In this document: one piece after another, positions 8,436 to 17,128 of the stretch | How positions within the stretch are numbered: the stretch's first letter is position 1 | Layout: every line of letters starts with the position of its first letter | Source of the DNA: Candidatus Limnocylindrales bacterium | GTDB taxonomy: Bacteria; Chloroflexota; Limnocylindria; Limnocylindrales; CSP1-4 | Direction: 5' to 3' | DNA length: 64,000 bases | NCBI GenBank assembly: GCA_038204565.1 | Contig: JBBRCU010000011.1 | Location: forward strand, 1,511-65,510 | Made by a program: the position numbers and the translations under genes | The notes under the pieces: generated by a model | Seen by the model: the letters and a program-made list of their open reading frames with translations, nothing else | Told to the model about the DNA's origin: nothing | The model's database searches: none

Positions 8436-10475
8436 TCAGCCGGCGCCGAGAACCTCGAAGGCGTCGATCGCGACCATCGGCCGGCCGGCGGTGCCGAGGG
8501 CCTTGACCACGATCGTGTGCGCGCCGGCGGTGACGCTCCGGACCAGGAGCATTCGACGCGCGACGAATGACGCTCCGGACTGATCGATCGTCGCGACCCA
8601 GTGGCCGTCGACGTAGACCGCGGACCGTCCGCGACCGGGGCCCCTCGGGCCGACGATGACGACCGCCGACCCACTGAACCGGAAGGTTGCGGTCGGCCCC
8701 GCCGTTCGGCTGTAGTGGACCGTTCCGCCGATATAGGCCGTCGCCGCCGCGGAACCCCACGAGCCTCGATAGGCGATCGAGGCCGCAGTGTCCCCGATCA
8801 TCGAGCCCCGGACGGTGGGCGCCGCGGTCCATCCACCGACCCGACCGGCCAGGTCGACCGCGCGGGCCCGGAACGTGTAGCGGTGCCCGCTGACGAGCGA
8901 CACCACCCGGCCCGTTGAGGTCGGAGTGGCGAGACTCAACGAGGTCCACGCGGCTCCGTCGACGCTGATCTGGAGGTCATACCGGCGCAGGCCATCACTC
9001 GTCCGGGCCAGACCGATATGGACGGCCACGGGGACCCGGCCGGGCGTAACCGACGTGCTGGCGACGCGGACGGTCGGGGCTGTCGTGACGGGGGCGGCGG
9101 TGGTGCCACCGGTGGTCCCACCGGACGAGCCACCGGACGAGCCGCCCGAACTTCCACCGGTCGTTCCACCGGGGGCCGGCGCGGCTGCCCCCGAACCGTA
9201 GAGCCAGTCGGTGAAGCCGATGGCCCGGCCGATACCGGCGCCCTGCGTCGGAATCGTCGTGCCGTAGCGGAGATTCAGCAGCCAGGGCATCTGGCGACTC
9301 GTGTTGGTGGCGTTCCAGCCCGTGCCGCCGGCAGCCGCGGATCGGCTGACGATCGCAGCGGCGCGCTTGAGCCCGGTAGCCGACCAGCCCCAAGCGTCCG
9401 GATAGCCGTTTCGATACAGCAGTTCCGTCTGGAGCCCGACGCCCTGGATCGCCTCGAGCTGGTAGGGGATCCCGGGGTCGGACGGTGGCCACCGGAGCGA
9501 CCCGCCGCGGCTGATGTCGGCCGCGATTCCGCCATCCAGGTTGACCCCGGACTTCACGCAGCCGCCGTCCTCAGGGGTGTACGTCGTCACAACCCCAGTG
9601 CAGGACCAGGTCAGCGCTGCCGACGTGAGGTTGGTAGTGAACCCGGCATACGCCGTGCGGTCGCCGAGGAAGCCCCGGGTCACGAGCGCTGCGGACGCGA
9701 GATCTGCCTGGTCGCCGAGGTACAGGTCGGCCGCGATCCGCGACGCGCCGGCGTAGGCGCCCCAGTTGTTCGGCGAGCTTCGGTGCGTCCCGACGAGCGA
9801 ATTCCAGATCGGGTGGCCACCGATGTTCTTTGTCCGGATCGCGCTCAGCCAGGATCGGAAGGTCGCGTCGTCGGTCCCCGCCAGGCCGGCGAGGTTGGCG
9901 GCCAGCACATAGGCCGTCAGCTGCCGCCCGAGGGCCAGGGCAGCGTTCGTGCAACCGACGCGCTGGGTCGGTAGGGCGGCCATGATGGCGGCCCTGGCCT
10001 TGCTCCCATACGACGCGATGCCGGTCCGGGCATATACCAGAGCGGCGGCCAACGTCCGGACATGGTGGCTGGCGTTGATGTCGCAGAGGTCGGGAGCCGG
10101 TAGAGCCGCATCGGCGACCGTCTTCAGGGCGGTCCAGGCGGCCCCGCTGGTGGGCTTGCTGAGGAGCTCGCTCCGCGGCATGAGGATGTAGGTGGAGGCC
10201 GCCGCGACGGGGGCGGTCGCCGGGACGTTGCCGCCGAGCGTCGCGACGAGGACGACGGCGAGTATCCAGCGCTGCCCGGGGCGGGCAGGTCGACGGAGGG
10301 CTGGGATCCGGCGACGTCGGGCGGGCTCGGCCGGCTCGGGTCGGTTCCGGCAGGTGGCTGCCAGATGGTGGTGTGCCGGGCTCGGCGGCGGCTGGGCGCC
10401 GCTCGGGCTTCCGTGATCGATGACCTCGACGTTCGGGCCAGACGCCATCGCGGCGCCGCGATTCTCCGATCGCAT
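8436..10475 (-). CDS. Secreted alginate-lyase-like (alpha/alpha toroid) protein + Gly/Ser/Thr linker + Fn3-like + C-terminal beta-sandwich module
   Basis: ATG 10475 is preceded by GAGAGGAG. A signal-anchor (WILAVVLVATLGG) is followed by a lyase-like region with NNWGAYAGASRIAADLYLGD. The linker reads GGTTGGSSGGSSGGSSGGTTGGTT. The C-terminus (HRYTFRARAVDLAGR ... VYVDGHWVATID ... TIVVKALGTAGRP) is homologous to the C-terminus of 25687-28692. The ORF-track extension up to 11183 looks non-coding. Confidence 0.75.
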   Translation of the reverse strand: MRSENRGAAMASGPNVEVIDHGSPSGAQPPPSPAHHHLAATCRNRPEPAEPARRRRIPALRRPARPGQRWILAVVLVATLGGNVPATAPVAAASTYILMPRSELLSKPTSGAAWTALKTVADAALPAPDLCDINASHHVRTLAAALVYARTGIASYGSKARAAIMAALPTQRVGCTNAALALGRQLTAYVLAANLAGLAGTDDATFRSWLSAIRTKNIGGHPIWNSLVGTHRSSPNNWGAYAGASRIAADLYLGDQADLASAALVTRGFLGDRTAYAGFTTNLTSAALTWSCTGVVTTYTPEDGGCVKSGVNLDGGIAADISRGGSLRWPPSDPGIPYQLEAIQGVGLQTELLYRNGYPDAWGWSATGLKRAAAIVSRSAAAGGTGWNATNTSRQMPWLLNLRYGTTIPTQGAGIGRAIGFTDWLYGSGAAAPAPGGTTGGSSGGSSGGSSGGTTGGTTAAPVTTAPTVRVASTSVTPGRVPVAVHIGLARTSDGLRRYDLQISVDGAAWTSLSLATPTSTGRVVSLVSGHRYTFRARAVDLAGRVGGWTAAPTVRGSMIGDTAASIAYRGSWGSAAATAYIGGTVHYSRTAGPTATFRFSGSAVVIVGPRGPGRGRSAVYVDGHWVATIDQSGASFVARRMLLVRSVTAGAHTIVVKALGTAGRPMVAIDAFEVLGAG

Positions 10476-11147
10476 GATGCTCCTCTCTACCAGAACGCCG
10501 TCTGGGGACGGCGAACGCAGGGACGGGGCGCAGCCCGGCGCGGAGACCGGGGTCGCCGTGGATATCGGGACCGACATGGGGTGATCCCGAATCGTCGGGC
10601 CGCGACCGGGTTCCATGACGGAAGGCTGGGGGTCCCGCCCGGTGGGCCGACGATCGGTCCAGTCTGCACGTCCGAGAGCGATCGCGCTTGCCGGGAACGG
10701 ACCACGACCCGGAAGCCCCCGGCCCAGTCGCGAGTTCTTCGTTCGGCCCGGTCGTCGCATGCCTCGCCCATCCGCCGTAGGACCATCGGGTGAGCCGGTC
10801 CGGTGGCGATTGGTGAGGCCGGAGGTCGTCCGGCCTGGTGCGCGCCGTGGCCGTTCCCGGTGCGTCGATCCATGGCGGTGACGATCTCGCCAGTGACAGC
10901 CGACCCGGAGCCCGGGTAGCTTCGCGGTCGTCTCGCAAGGTCGGCAAGGGGAGCCGGCCAAGAGGGTACGAACAGCCAACCCCACGGCGACGTGGGTGCA
11001 CGGAACGCCCAGTGACTCCGTCGGAGTTTGACCGGGCTGCCGAAACCGTCTGCGGACGCGAGCGATGACGCCGGGCTCACGGCCTCGATCGATCGCCTCC
11101 GGCCCACCCGGGCGCTCCGCGCCCGCCGACCGCCACCCGGAGGATCC

Positions 11148-12278
11148 ATGCCCACCGTCGTTGCCGCCTCCAGTCCGCTCCACCTGCCGACCGCCGGGCG
11201 CGACCGCGATCGCCTGCGCGATTGGCTCGCGACGGGCGCCATGATGCTCATCGGGGCGGCCCTCCTCCTGCCGTTCACGCCCGCTCGCGCCTCTTCCGGC
11301 AGCGTTCTCATCTCGCCCGCCGCGATCCGGGTGTTACCCACGAGCGGTCCGGCGTGGGCGAGCCTGCTGGCCTACGCAAATGCCGCCCCCGGAACGGCGA
11401 ACATCGCCGACCAGGATTCGAACCATGACGTCCGGACCCTGGCGGAGGCCCTCGTCTTCGCTCGCACCGGCACTGCCTCCTATCGGACACGGGCCATCGC
11501 CAACATCCGGGCCGCAGTCGGGACCGAGGCCGGCGGACGAACCCTCGCCCTGGCCCGCAACCTGCCGAGCTACGTGATCGCGGCCGACCTTGTGGATCTC
11601 GTCAGGGCCGACCCGGCCTTCGACTCCGGGACATTCCGGCCGTGGCTCCGGAGCCTGCTGACGAAGGTCATGGCGGACGGCAAGAACCTCCGCCAGATCC
11701 ACGAGCAGCGGCCCAATAATTGGGGGACCCACGCCGGGGCGGCTCGGGCAGCCATCGCGGCTTACCTCGGCGACGGGGCCGAGATGGCTCGGACTGCGAC
11801 GGTCTTCCGCGGCTGGCTCGGCGATCGCACTGCCTATGCGGGCTTCAAGTACGGCAGTGACTCGTCGTGGCAGATGAATGCCGCGCAGCCGGTCGCGATC
11901 GACGCGTCAGGCACGGCCAAGTCGTACGACGCCACGAAGATCAGCCTCGACGGAGCGCTGCCCGACGAAATGCGGCGGGGCGGATCCTTCCAGTGGGCGC
12001 CGACCTATACCGGCTACCCCTGGGAGGCGCTGCAGGGTGCCGTCCTCCAGGCGGAGATCCTTCATCAGGCCGGGTACGACACGTGGTCCTGGTCGAACAA
12101 GGCACTCTACCGGGCGGCCCGCTTCCTGGACGTGACCGCGAAGTGGCCGGCGGTCGGCGACGATCGCTGGCAGCCGTGGCTGATCGATGCCCGGACCGGT
12201 GGCAACCTCCCCCGGCCGGCAACGACGTCGCCGGGCAAGAACTTCGGCTACGCCGACTGGCTCTACGGCGGCGGCTGA
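11148..12278 (+). CDS. Secreted alginate-lyase-like protein (paralog of the N-domain of 8436-10475)
   Basis: ATG 11148 follows GGAGG. It has a signal-anchor and aligns by eye with 8436-10475 over its whole length (HDVRTLAEALVFARTG; NNWGTHAGAARAAIAAYLGD; GDRTAYAGF; DWLYGGG). Confidence 0.75.
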   Translation: MPTVVAASSPLHLPTAGRDRDRLRDWLATGAMMLIGAALLLPFTPARASSGSVLISPAAIRVLPTSGPAWASLLAYANAAPGTANIADQDSNHDVRTLAEALVFARTGTASYRTRAIANIRAAVGTEAGGRTLALARNLPSYVIAADLVDLVRADPAFDSGTFRPWLRSLLTKVMADGKNLRQIHEQRPNNWGTHAGAARAAIAAYLGDGAEMARTATVFRGWLGDRTAYAGFKYGSDSSWQMNAAQPVAIDASGTAKSYDATKISLDGALPDEMRRGGSFQWAPTYTGYPWEALQGAVLQAEILHQAGYDTWSWSNKALYRAARFLDVTAKWPAVGDDRWQPWLIDARTGGNLPRPATTSPGKNFGYADWLYGGG

Positions 12279-12321
12279 CCCGAGCGAATCGGCGGGCCTC
12301 CCTTCGGGGCCCGGCCGCTGC

Positions 12322-13923
12322 TCAGCCCGAGACCGGCGTCCCCGACACCCGCCCTCGCCGGATCCTTGCAACCGCCGTTCGGCCGCGCCGCGGGGCGGAC
12401 GTCGCCCCAGCCGCCGCGGTTGCGGGCGCCACGTCGGGCTCCTCCAGCCGCAGCCCGAGGTAGGCCGCGGCACCCGCGACCGCCAAGACGAGCCAGAAGT
12501 AGCGGGCATAGCTCAGATGAAGGAAGAGCCCCGTCGTCATGTACGTCACGACCGCGAGGAAGAGCCCCGTCGCCATGGCCGCCACGTCCGGTCTCGAGAC
12601 GAGCCACCGCCGCCGAACCCGGATCAGGTCACGCAGGGTCAGGCCAAGAATGCCCATGAACGAGGCGAGCCCGAGGATGCCCGTCTCCGATGCGATGTGG
12701 AGGTACAGGTCGTGGGCCTGCCGGTCCGCGTTCAGGACGCGGATTCCGACATCGTCGGCATAGAGCCGGTAGTACGACGGGAAGCGACCCGGTCCGACGC
12801 CGATCAACGGGTGGTCCGCGAAGACGAGGAGCGCGGCGATGCCTTCGGTCGCGCGGCTGAGGACGGCGCCGTCCGCCGCGGCGCCGCTGCTGTCACCCGT
12901 CAGGATCGCGGTGAGATCGACGAGAGAGCCGACGCGGTTGCCGTAGGTCGGGACCGCGATCAGGAGCGCTGCGGCGGCGATCCCGACCAGCAGCACCTGG
13001 AGTGGCCGGATGTAGCCCATCGCGATCATGATCACGAGGACCAGGGCGAACCCGACGGCGGCGCCGCGGGAGAACGTGAGAGCCACACCCACGGAGATCG
13101 CCGCCGCGGCCGCCAGCGCCAGGAAGCGCGGCCAGCGCCGGCGGGCGCTCACCGCCCAGAACAACCCGAGCGGCACGAGCATCAGCATGATCTGGGCGTA
13201 GCGATTCTTCTCACCGATCGGGCCGGCCAGGCGCGGCTGGGTGTCTGCCGGCCCGGTACCCGTGTTGATCACGGCCGCGCTCAACTGGGCGAACCCGCCG
13301 TAATCGTTGGTGTAGGTCTTCGTTGCGTCCTGGTAGAACGACAGCGCCCCGAGGATCGCCCCGACAGCCAGCAGGATCCACACGACCCAGCGGAGGGTGT
13401 CGATCGAGCGGATCGAATTGATGATCAGGAAGTACAGGCCGATGCCTTCGACCAGGAACGTCGTGAGCTCAGTGAACGCCGACTGCACGTCGTCGGCGAA
13501 GAGCGTGCCGAGGATCTGCACCAACAGGAAGACAACGATGAGCGGGAACGCCGAGGTGACGACCACGGGGCGCTTCCGGACGACCAGCTCGTAGCCGACC
13601 GGGACCACGAGGAGAATCGGGACAGCCAGCGCGGCGAACGCCGGGACGCCGTGGAACTGGACGGCGATGGTCGCGGCATTGCTGTAGATCACGCCGACGA
13701 CCACGAACGCCGCGATATCCGGGCGGATCGCCATCGAGATGGCCAGCAAGGTCGCCCCGACCGCGGCGATGGCCAGGACGGGGTTGTTTCCGCCGATCGC
13801 TCCGACTCCTGCCGACATCGCGACCGCCGCAAGCAGGACGACCACGACCGCCGGGGGACGCGCCCGCGCGGAACCTCCGCCGGTCTCGTTCGGCGCCCCT
13901 GCCCGCGCCGCCGCGGAGATCAA
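12322..13923 (-). CDS. O-antigen ligase/polymerase (Wzy-like) multi-pass membrane protein
   Basis: Ten or more hydrophobic segments and a large loop with GPIGEKNRYAQIML...TFSRGA typical of the Wzy_C/O-antigen ligase family. The start is uncertain: TTG 13923 overlaps the GT2 stop, and ATG 13818 is an alternative. Confidence 0.8.
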   Translation of the reverse strand: MISAAARAGAPNETGGGSARARPPAVVVVLLAAVAMSAGVGAIGGNNPVLAIAAVGATLLAISMAIRPDIAAFVVVGVIYSNAATIAVQFHGVPAFAALAVPILLVVPVGYELVVRKRPVVVTSAFPLIVVFLLVQILGTLFADDVQSAFTELTTFLVEGIGLYFLIINSIRSIDTLRWVVWILLAVGAILGALSFYQDATKTYTNDYGGFAQLSAAVINTGTGPADTQPRLAGPIGEKNRYAQIMLMLVPLGLFWAVSARRRWPRFLALAAAAAISVGVALTFSRGAAVGFALVLVIMIAMGYIRPLQVLLVGIAAAALLIAVPTYGNRVGSLVDLTAILTGDSSGAAADGAVLSRATEGIAALLVFADHPLIGVGPGRFPSYYRLYADDVGIRVLNADRQAHDLYLHIASETGILGLASFMGILGLTLRDLIRVRRRWLVSRPDVAAMATGLFLAVVTYMTTGLFLHLSYARYFWLVLAVAGAAAYLGLRLEEPDVAPATAAAGATSAPRRGRTAVARIRRGRVSGTPVSG

Positions 13924-15167
13924 GACGCGAGGTCCACGCCGTTGTCGGCCCGGATGTCGCCGAGTTCCGATCCGGAACCCGGTCCCCGCCGGGGGTCGGC
14001 GCCGGGCGCCCGCTGCGGCTCCCACCGGTCGATCCGGCGGCCGCGCATGACGTTCACCGCGGCGTGCAGGGCGGCGAGGTTCACCAGGCAGAAATACGCC
14101 GGGAAGGCCACCAGCTTCGACTTGGCCACAGCCTGTCCGCGGGCGAGGACAGCGACGGCGGCGAGGCCATAGAACAGCACCTGGCCGGCCATCGCGAGCC
14201 GGTAGAGGGGGCCCGAACGGACCAGGAACGGGCTGCTCGCCGCCAGTGCGATCAGGGGGATCACCATCAGCCGGCGCAGCAGCTTGTGCCACAGCAGTTG
14301 CAGGGCATAGAAGCCGGTCAGGCGTGGATCGAGGAGCCGGCGCCGGAGCATCACGCCGCGCAGGCCACGGGTCATGACCCGGACCTTCCGTCCGTACTCG
14401 ACGCCGCCCGTGGCAGCGACGGGCTCATAGGCCGCCGCCTCCTCGACGAAGACAAGGCGGCGGCCGGCGTCGACGACCGCGGTCGAGGTGATGAAATCGT
14501 CGGTCACACCGTCGGGAACGGGCGGAATCAGGTCGCGACGGACGGCGTAGATGGCTCCGGTCGCCGAGATGACATTCCCGGAGCTGCTCTCGGCCCGCTT
14601 CAACATCCGGTCCAGATCCCAGTAGCCGCGCTCCCCGCGGGCCATGCCGCCGGCGCCACCACGAAGGTAGCGCTGGTCCCCGGCGACGCCACCGACGCCG
14701 GGATCGGCGAACGGCCGGACGATCGCTCGGATCGTCGCGGCCGTGAACATGCTGTTGGCGTCGGAGAACACCACGATCTCGCCCGTTGCCTCCGCGAGAG
14801 CCGCGTTGAGCGCCGCCGCCTTGCCGACGCGTGGCAGGTCGAGCACACGGACCGAGGTGCTCGCGAACACCGTGGCGGCCGCGACCGTCCCGTCGGTCGA
14901 TCCGTCCGAGGCGACGATGACCTCGAGCCGGTCGGCCGCATAGTCGCTGGCAAGGAGGTTTGCCAGCTTGGTCCCGATGCTCGGTTCCTCGTTGTGGGCG
15001 GCGACGACGACGCTCACCGTCGGCTCGATGTCGGCAGCCGCGACCGGATGGCGGATGAGTCGCCCGCGGACCAGGATCGCGGCCGGCATCACGACATAGG
15101 TCGCGGCGATCGTTCCGGCGGCCGACCAGAATACGGCGCCGGCGACCGGCCGGATCCAGCCGATCAT
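13920..15167 (-). CDS. Family 2 glycosyltransferase (membrane-associated, CESA-like)
   Basis: VSVVVAAHNEEPSI...VIVASDGSTDGT...VFSDAN (DxD-type), with C-terminal TM helices. ATG 15167 shares one base with the upstream TGA. Confidence 0.9.
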   Translation of the reverse strand: MIGWIRPVAGAVFWSAAGTIAATYVVMPAAILVRGRLIRHPVAAADIEPTVSVVVAAHNEEPSIGTKLANLLASDYAADRLEVIVASDGSTDGTVAAATVFASTSVRVLDLPRVGKAAALNAALAEATGEIVVFSDANSMFTAATIRAIVRPFADPGVGGVAGDQRYLRGGAGGMARGERGYWDLDRMLKRAESSSGNVISATGAIYAVRRDLIPPVPDGVTDDFITSTAVVDAGRRLVFVEEAAAYEPVAATGGVEYGRKVRVMTRGLRGVMLRRRLLDPRLTGFYALQLLWHKLLRRLMVIPLIALAASSPFLVRSGPLYRLAMAGQVLFYGLAAVAVLARGQAVAKSKLVAFPAYFCLVNLAALHAAVNVMRGRRIDRWEPQRAPGADPRRGPGSGSELGDIRADNGVDLAS

Positions 15168-16840
15168 CAGTCCGTCCGGTCGGTCCGGGCTGACCTCCGG
15201 ATCGGGCGGTCGGCGTCCACCGTACGGTCGGCCGGCGCCGCAGACCGGCGCTTTGTGTCCGAGGCCGGGGCCGCCGGGTCGCTGGACTTCGCGCTGGACC
15301 GGGTCCGCGTCGTCGTCCGGATGACGGTCGGGGAAACGGCGGCGGGGACCACGTAGCCGCTCGGCTCGCCCGCCAACACCGGCGAATCCGGCGAGTCCTG
15401 CTCGCTCGGGCCTGGCCGATCGAGGACCGGCGTGGCCATGGGCGAGCCGACGCGCCAGGTGAACGGTGCCGTGGCCTCGGAGCTGACATCGTCGAGGCGC
15501 CGCGCAACGCTCGGGGCGATGGGTGCGGCGGCCCAGCGGGCGATGCGATCGCGGCGACGGAACCCCCGCCCGGGCAGGCGCTGAACGAGGACGGTGCCGC
15601 CGACGGCAGCGTTGACAAACCGGAGGCTCTCCATGGCCAGCCGAAGGTCCTCGCGGCGGCTCGCTCCACGACGGACCAGCAGGATCGATTCCTGGGCGGC
15701 GCGGGCCCAGGTCAACGCGCCTGCGGACCGCTGCATCGTCCCGCCGTCGATGACTACCAGGTCCACGACGCGGAGAAGGCCGTCGAGAATGTCCTGGGCC
15801 CGATCCACCGCGATCAGCTCCGCTCCACCGACCTCGCCCCGGGGCAGGACCATGACGCCGGCCGGCCCGGCGACGAGGAGATCTCGCGGGTCGAGGGAAT
15901 CATGACCGAGCACCTCCCGCAGCCCGCGCCGGCCGCTCATCTCGAGCGACGCCGTGATGTCGCCATCGGGCGAGCCATCGATCACCACCGCCCGATGGCC
16001 GCTGCCGGCCACCGCCGCTGCAATCCCGAGGGCGACGATCGCGGTGTCGCCGTCGCTCACGCCGCCGACCATGATCGTCCGGGTCGGGAGATCCCCCTCC
16101 GCGAAGGCGACCTTCGATGCGAGGAGCCGGAGCGCCACCGCGCTCGGCGAACCCGGCGCTGTCGCTTCGGCCACCGGCAACGGGGAGACGGCCGGAATCC
16201 GCGGATCGACCGAGATCGTCGCGATCACGTCCGTGCCGCTGAGGCGGGCGAGGTCGATCCGATCGCGAACCGTGTCCGTCGCGTACTCGACGACGATCAC
16301 GAGGACGAGACCGCCGATGAGTCCGGCGGCCATCGCCAGGAGGACGATCAGGGACACCTGCGGGGCGATCGGGCTGGTCGGCGGGACGGCTGCGCCGATG
16401 ACCTCGAGCTGGCCCTCCGGTCTGGTCGTCGCCCCGGTGGTCAGCTGGATGAGCTCGTCGGCCATCTTGTTGGCGACGCTGGAGGCCAGCACCGGGTCCG
16501 AATCCTGGACACGGATCGCGAGGACGCGGGTCACGCCGTTGGCAGTGGCCCGGACGTTCTGGCCGAGCTTGACCGGGTCCAGGCCGCCCGCTTCCTGGGC
16601 CGTCGACTTGAGGAGCGGCGGGCTGATCGCGAGCTGGGCGTAGGTCTGGACCAGCAGGCCCGAGGCCGTGAGCGTGTCTCTGTCGGTGTTGATCGGACCC
16701 ACGAGGAGCTGGACCTGCGCCTCATAGGTCGGGGTAATCCGAGACGCCACGAGGAAACCGGCCACGGCCGCGACCCACATCGCGACGAGCAGGGTCCACC
16801 ACCACCGTCGGGCGACCGCGAGGTATCCGGTCAGTTCCAC
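15167..16840 (-). CDS. Polysaccharide co-polymerase (Wzz domain) fused to a BY-kinase-like domain with a degenerate P-loop
   Basis: GTG 16840 is preceded by GGGGAG. The Wzz-type TM1-periplasmic-TM2 layout is present (RRWWWTLLV...; ...LIVLLAMAAGLIGGLVLVIVVEY). A MinD/BY-kinase-like domain follows, but the Walker A position reads GGVSDGDTA instead of GxGKS/T. The C-terminal tail is Ser/Thr/Arg-rich and has no Tyr cluster. Confidence 0.8.
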   Translation of the reverse strand: MELTGYLAVARRWWWTLLVAMWVAAVAGFLVASRITPTYEAQVQLLVGPINTDRDTLTASGLLVQTYAQLAISPPLLKSTAQEAGGLDPVKLGQNVRATANGVTRVLAIRVQDSDPVLASSVANKMADELIQLTTGATTRPEGQLEVIGAAVPPTSPIAPQVSLIVLLAMAAGLIGGLVLVIVVEYATDTVRDRIDLARLSGTDVIATISVDPRIPAVSPLPVAEATAPGSPSAVALRLLASKVAFAEGDLPTRTIMVGGVSDGDTAIVALGIAAAVAGSGHRAVVIDGSPDGDITASLEMSGRRGLREVLGHDSLDPRDLLVAGPAGVMVLPRGEVGGAELIAVDRAQDILDGLLRVVDLVVIDGGTMQRSAGALTWARAAQESILLVRRGASRREDLRLAMESLRFVNAAVGGTVLVQRLPGRGFRRRDRIARWAAAPIAPSVARRLDDVSSEATAPFTWRVGSPMATPVLDRPGPSEQDSPDSPVLAGEPSGYVVPAAVSPTVIRTTTRTRSSAKSSDPAAPASDTKRRSAAPADRTVDADRPIRRSARTDRTD

Positions 16841-17128
16841 GAACTCTCCCCGTCCTGGCCCGCCGCAGACGGACCCGTTGCTGAAGATCGACGACGGCTG
16901 GGACCCGGACGAAGCGGGCGGATGAGCCGTCGGAATGCGAACGGCCGAAGGATACGGGCTGCGCCGCGATCGCGAAACTGGCCGACCAACGTAGGCGGTG
17001 CATCCGGGTACCATGGGCGCCGCGCGCGCTCCGATCGTGCCCTGGCGAAAAGGGCTCTCAGTCTCCCTCGACGCTGGTGCAACATCGACCGCATCGTCCC
17101 TCGCCCAGCCGCAACGCGACGGGCCGGG

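Noticed and set aside
9100-9180. Short tandem DNA repeats that might suggest CRISPR or VNTR elements: 9100-9180, 32400-32500 (GACGAGCTCGGACCC x2), 41740-41800 (GGCGTCGAGTTC x2).
   Set aside because: All lie inside CDS and encode Gly/Ser/Thr or Pro/Ser/Thr interdomain linkers. There is no repeat-spacer architecture and there are no cas genes, so they are not CRISPR.
10476-11183. N-terminal 236 aa extension of the 915-aa ORF 8436-11183(-).
   Set aside because: The extension is Arg/Gly/Pro-rich with no hydrophobic signal. A strong GAGAGGAG RBS precedes the internal ATG at 10475, which is followed by the signal-anchor and the homologous lyase-like domain.
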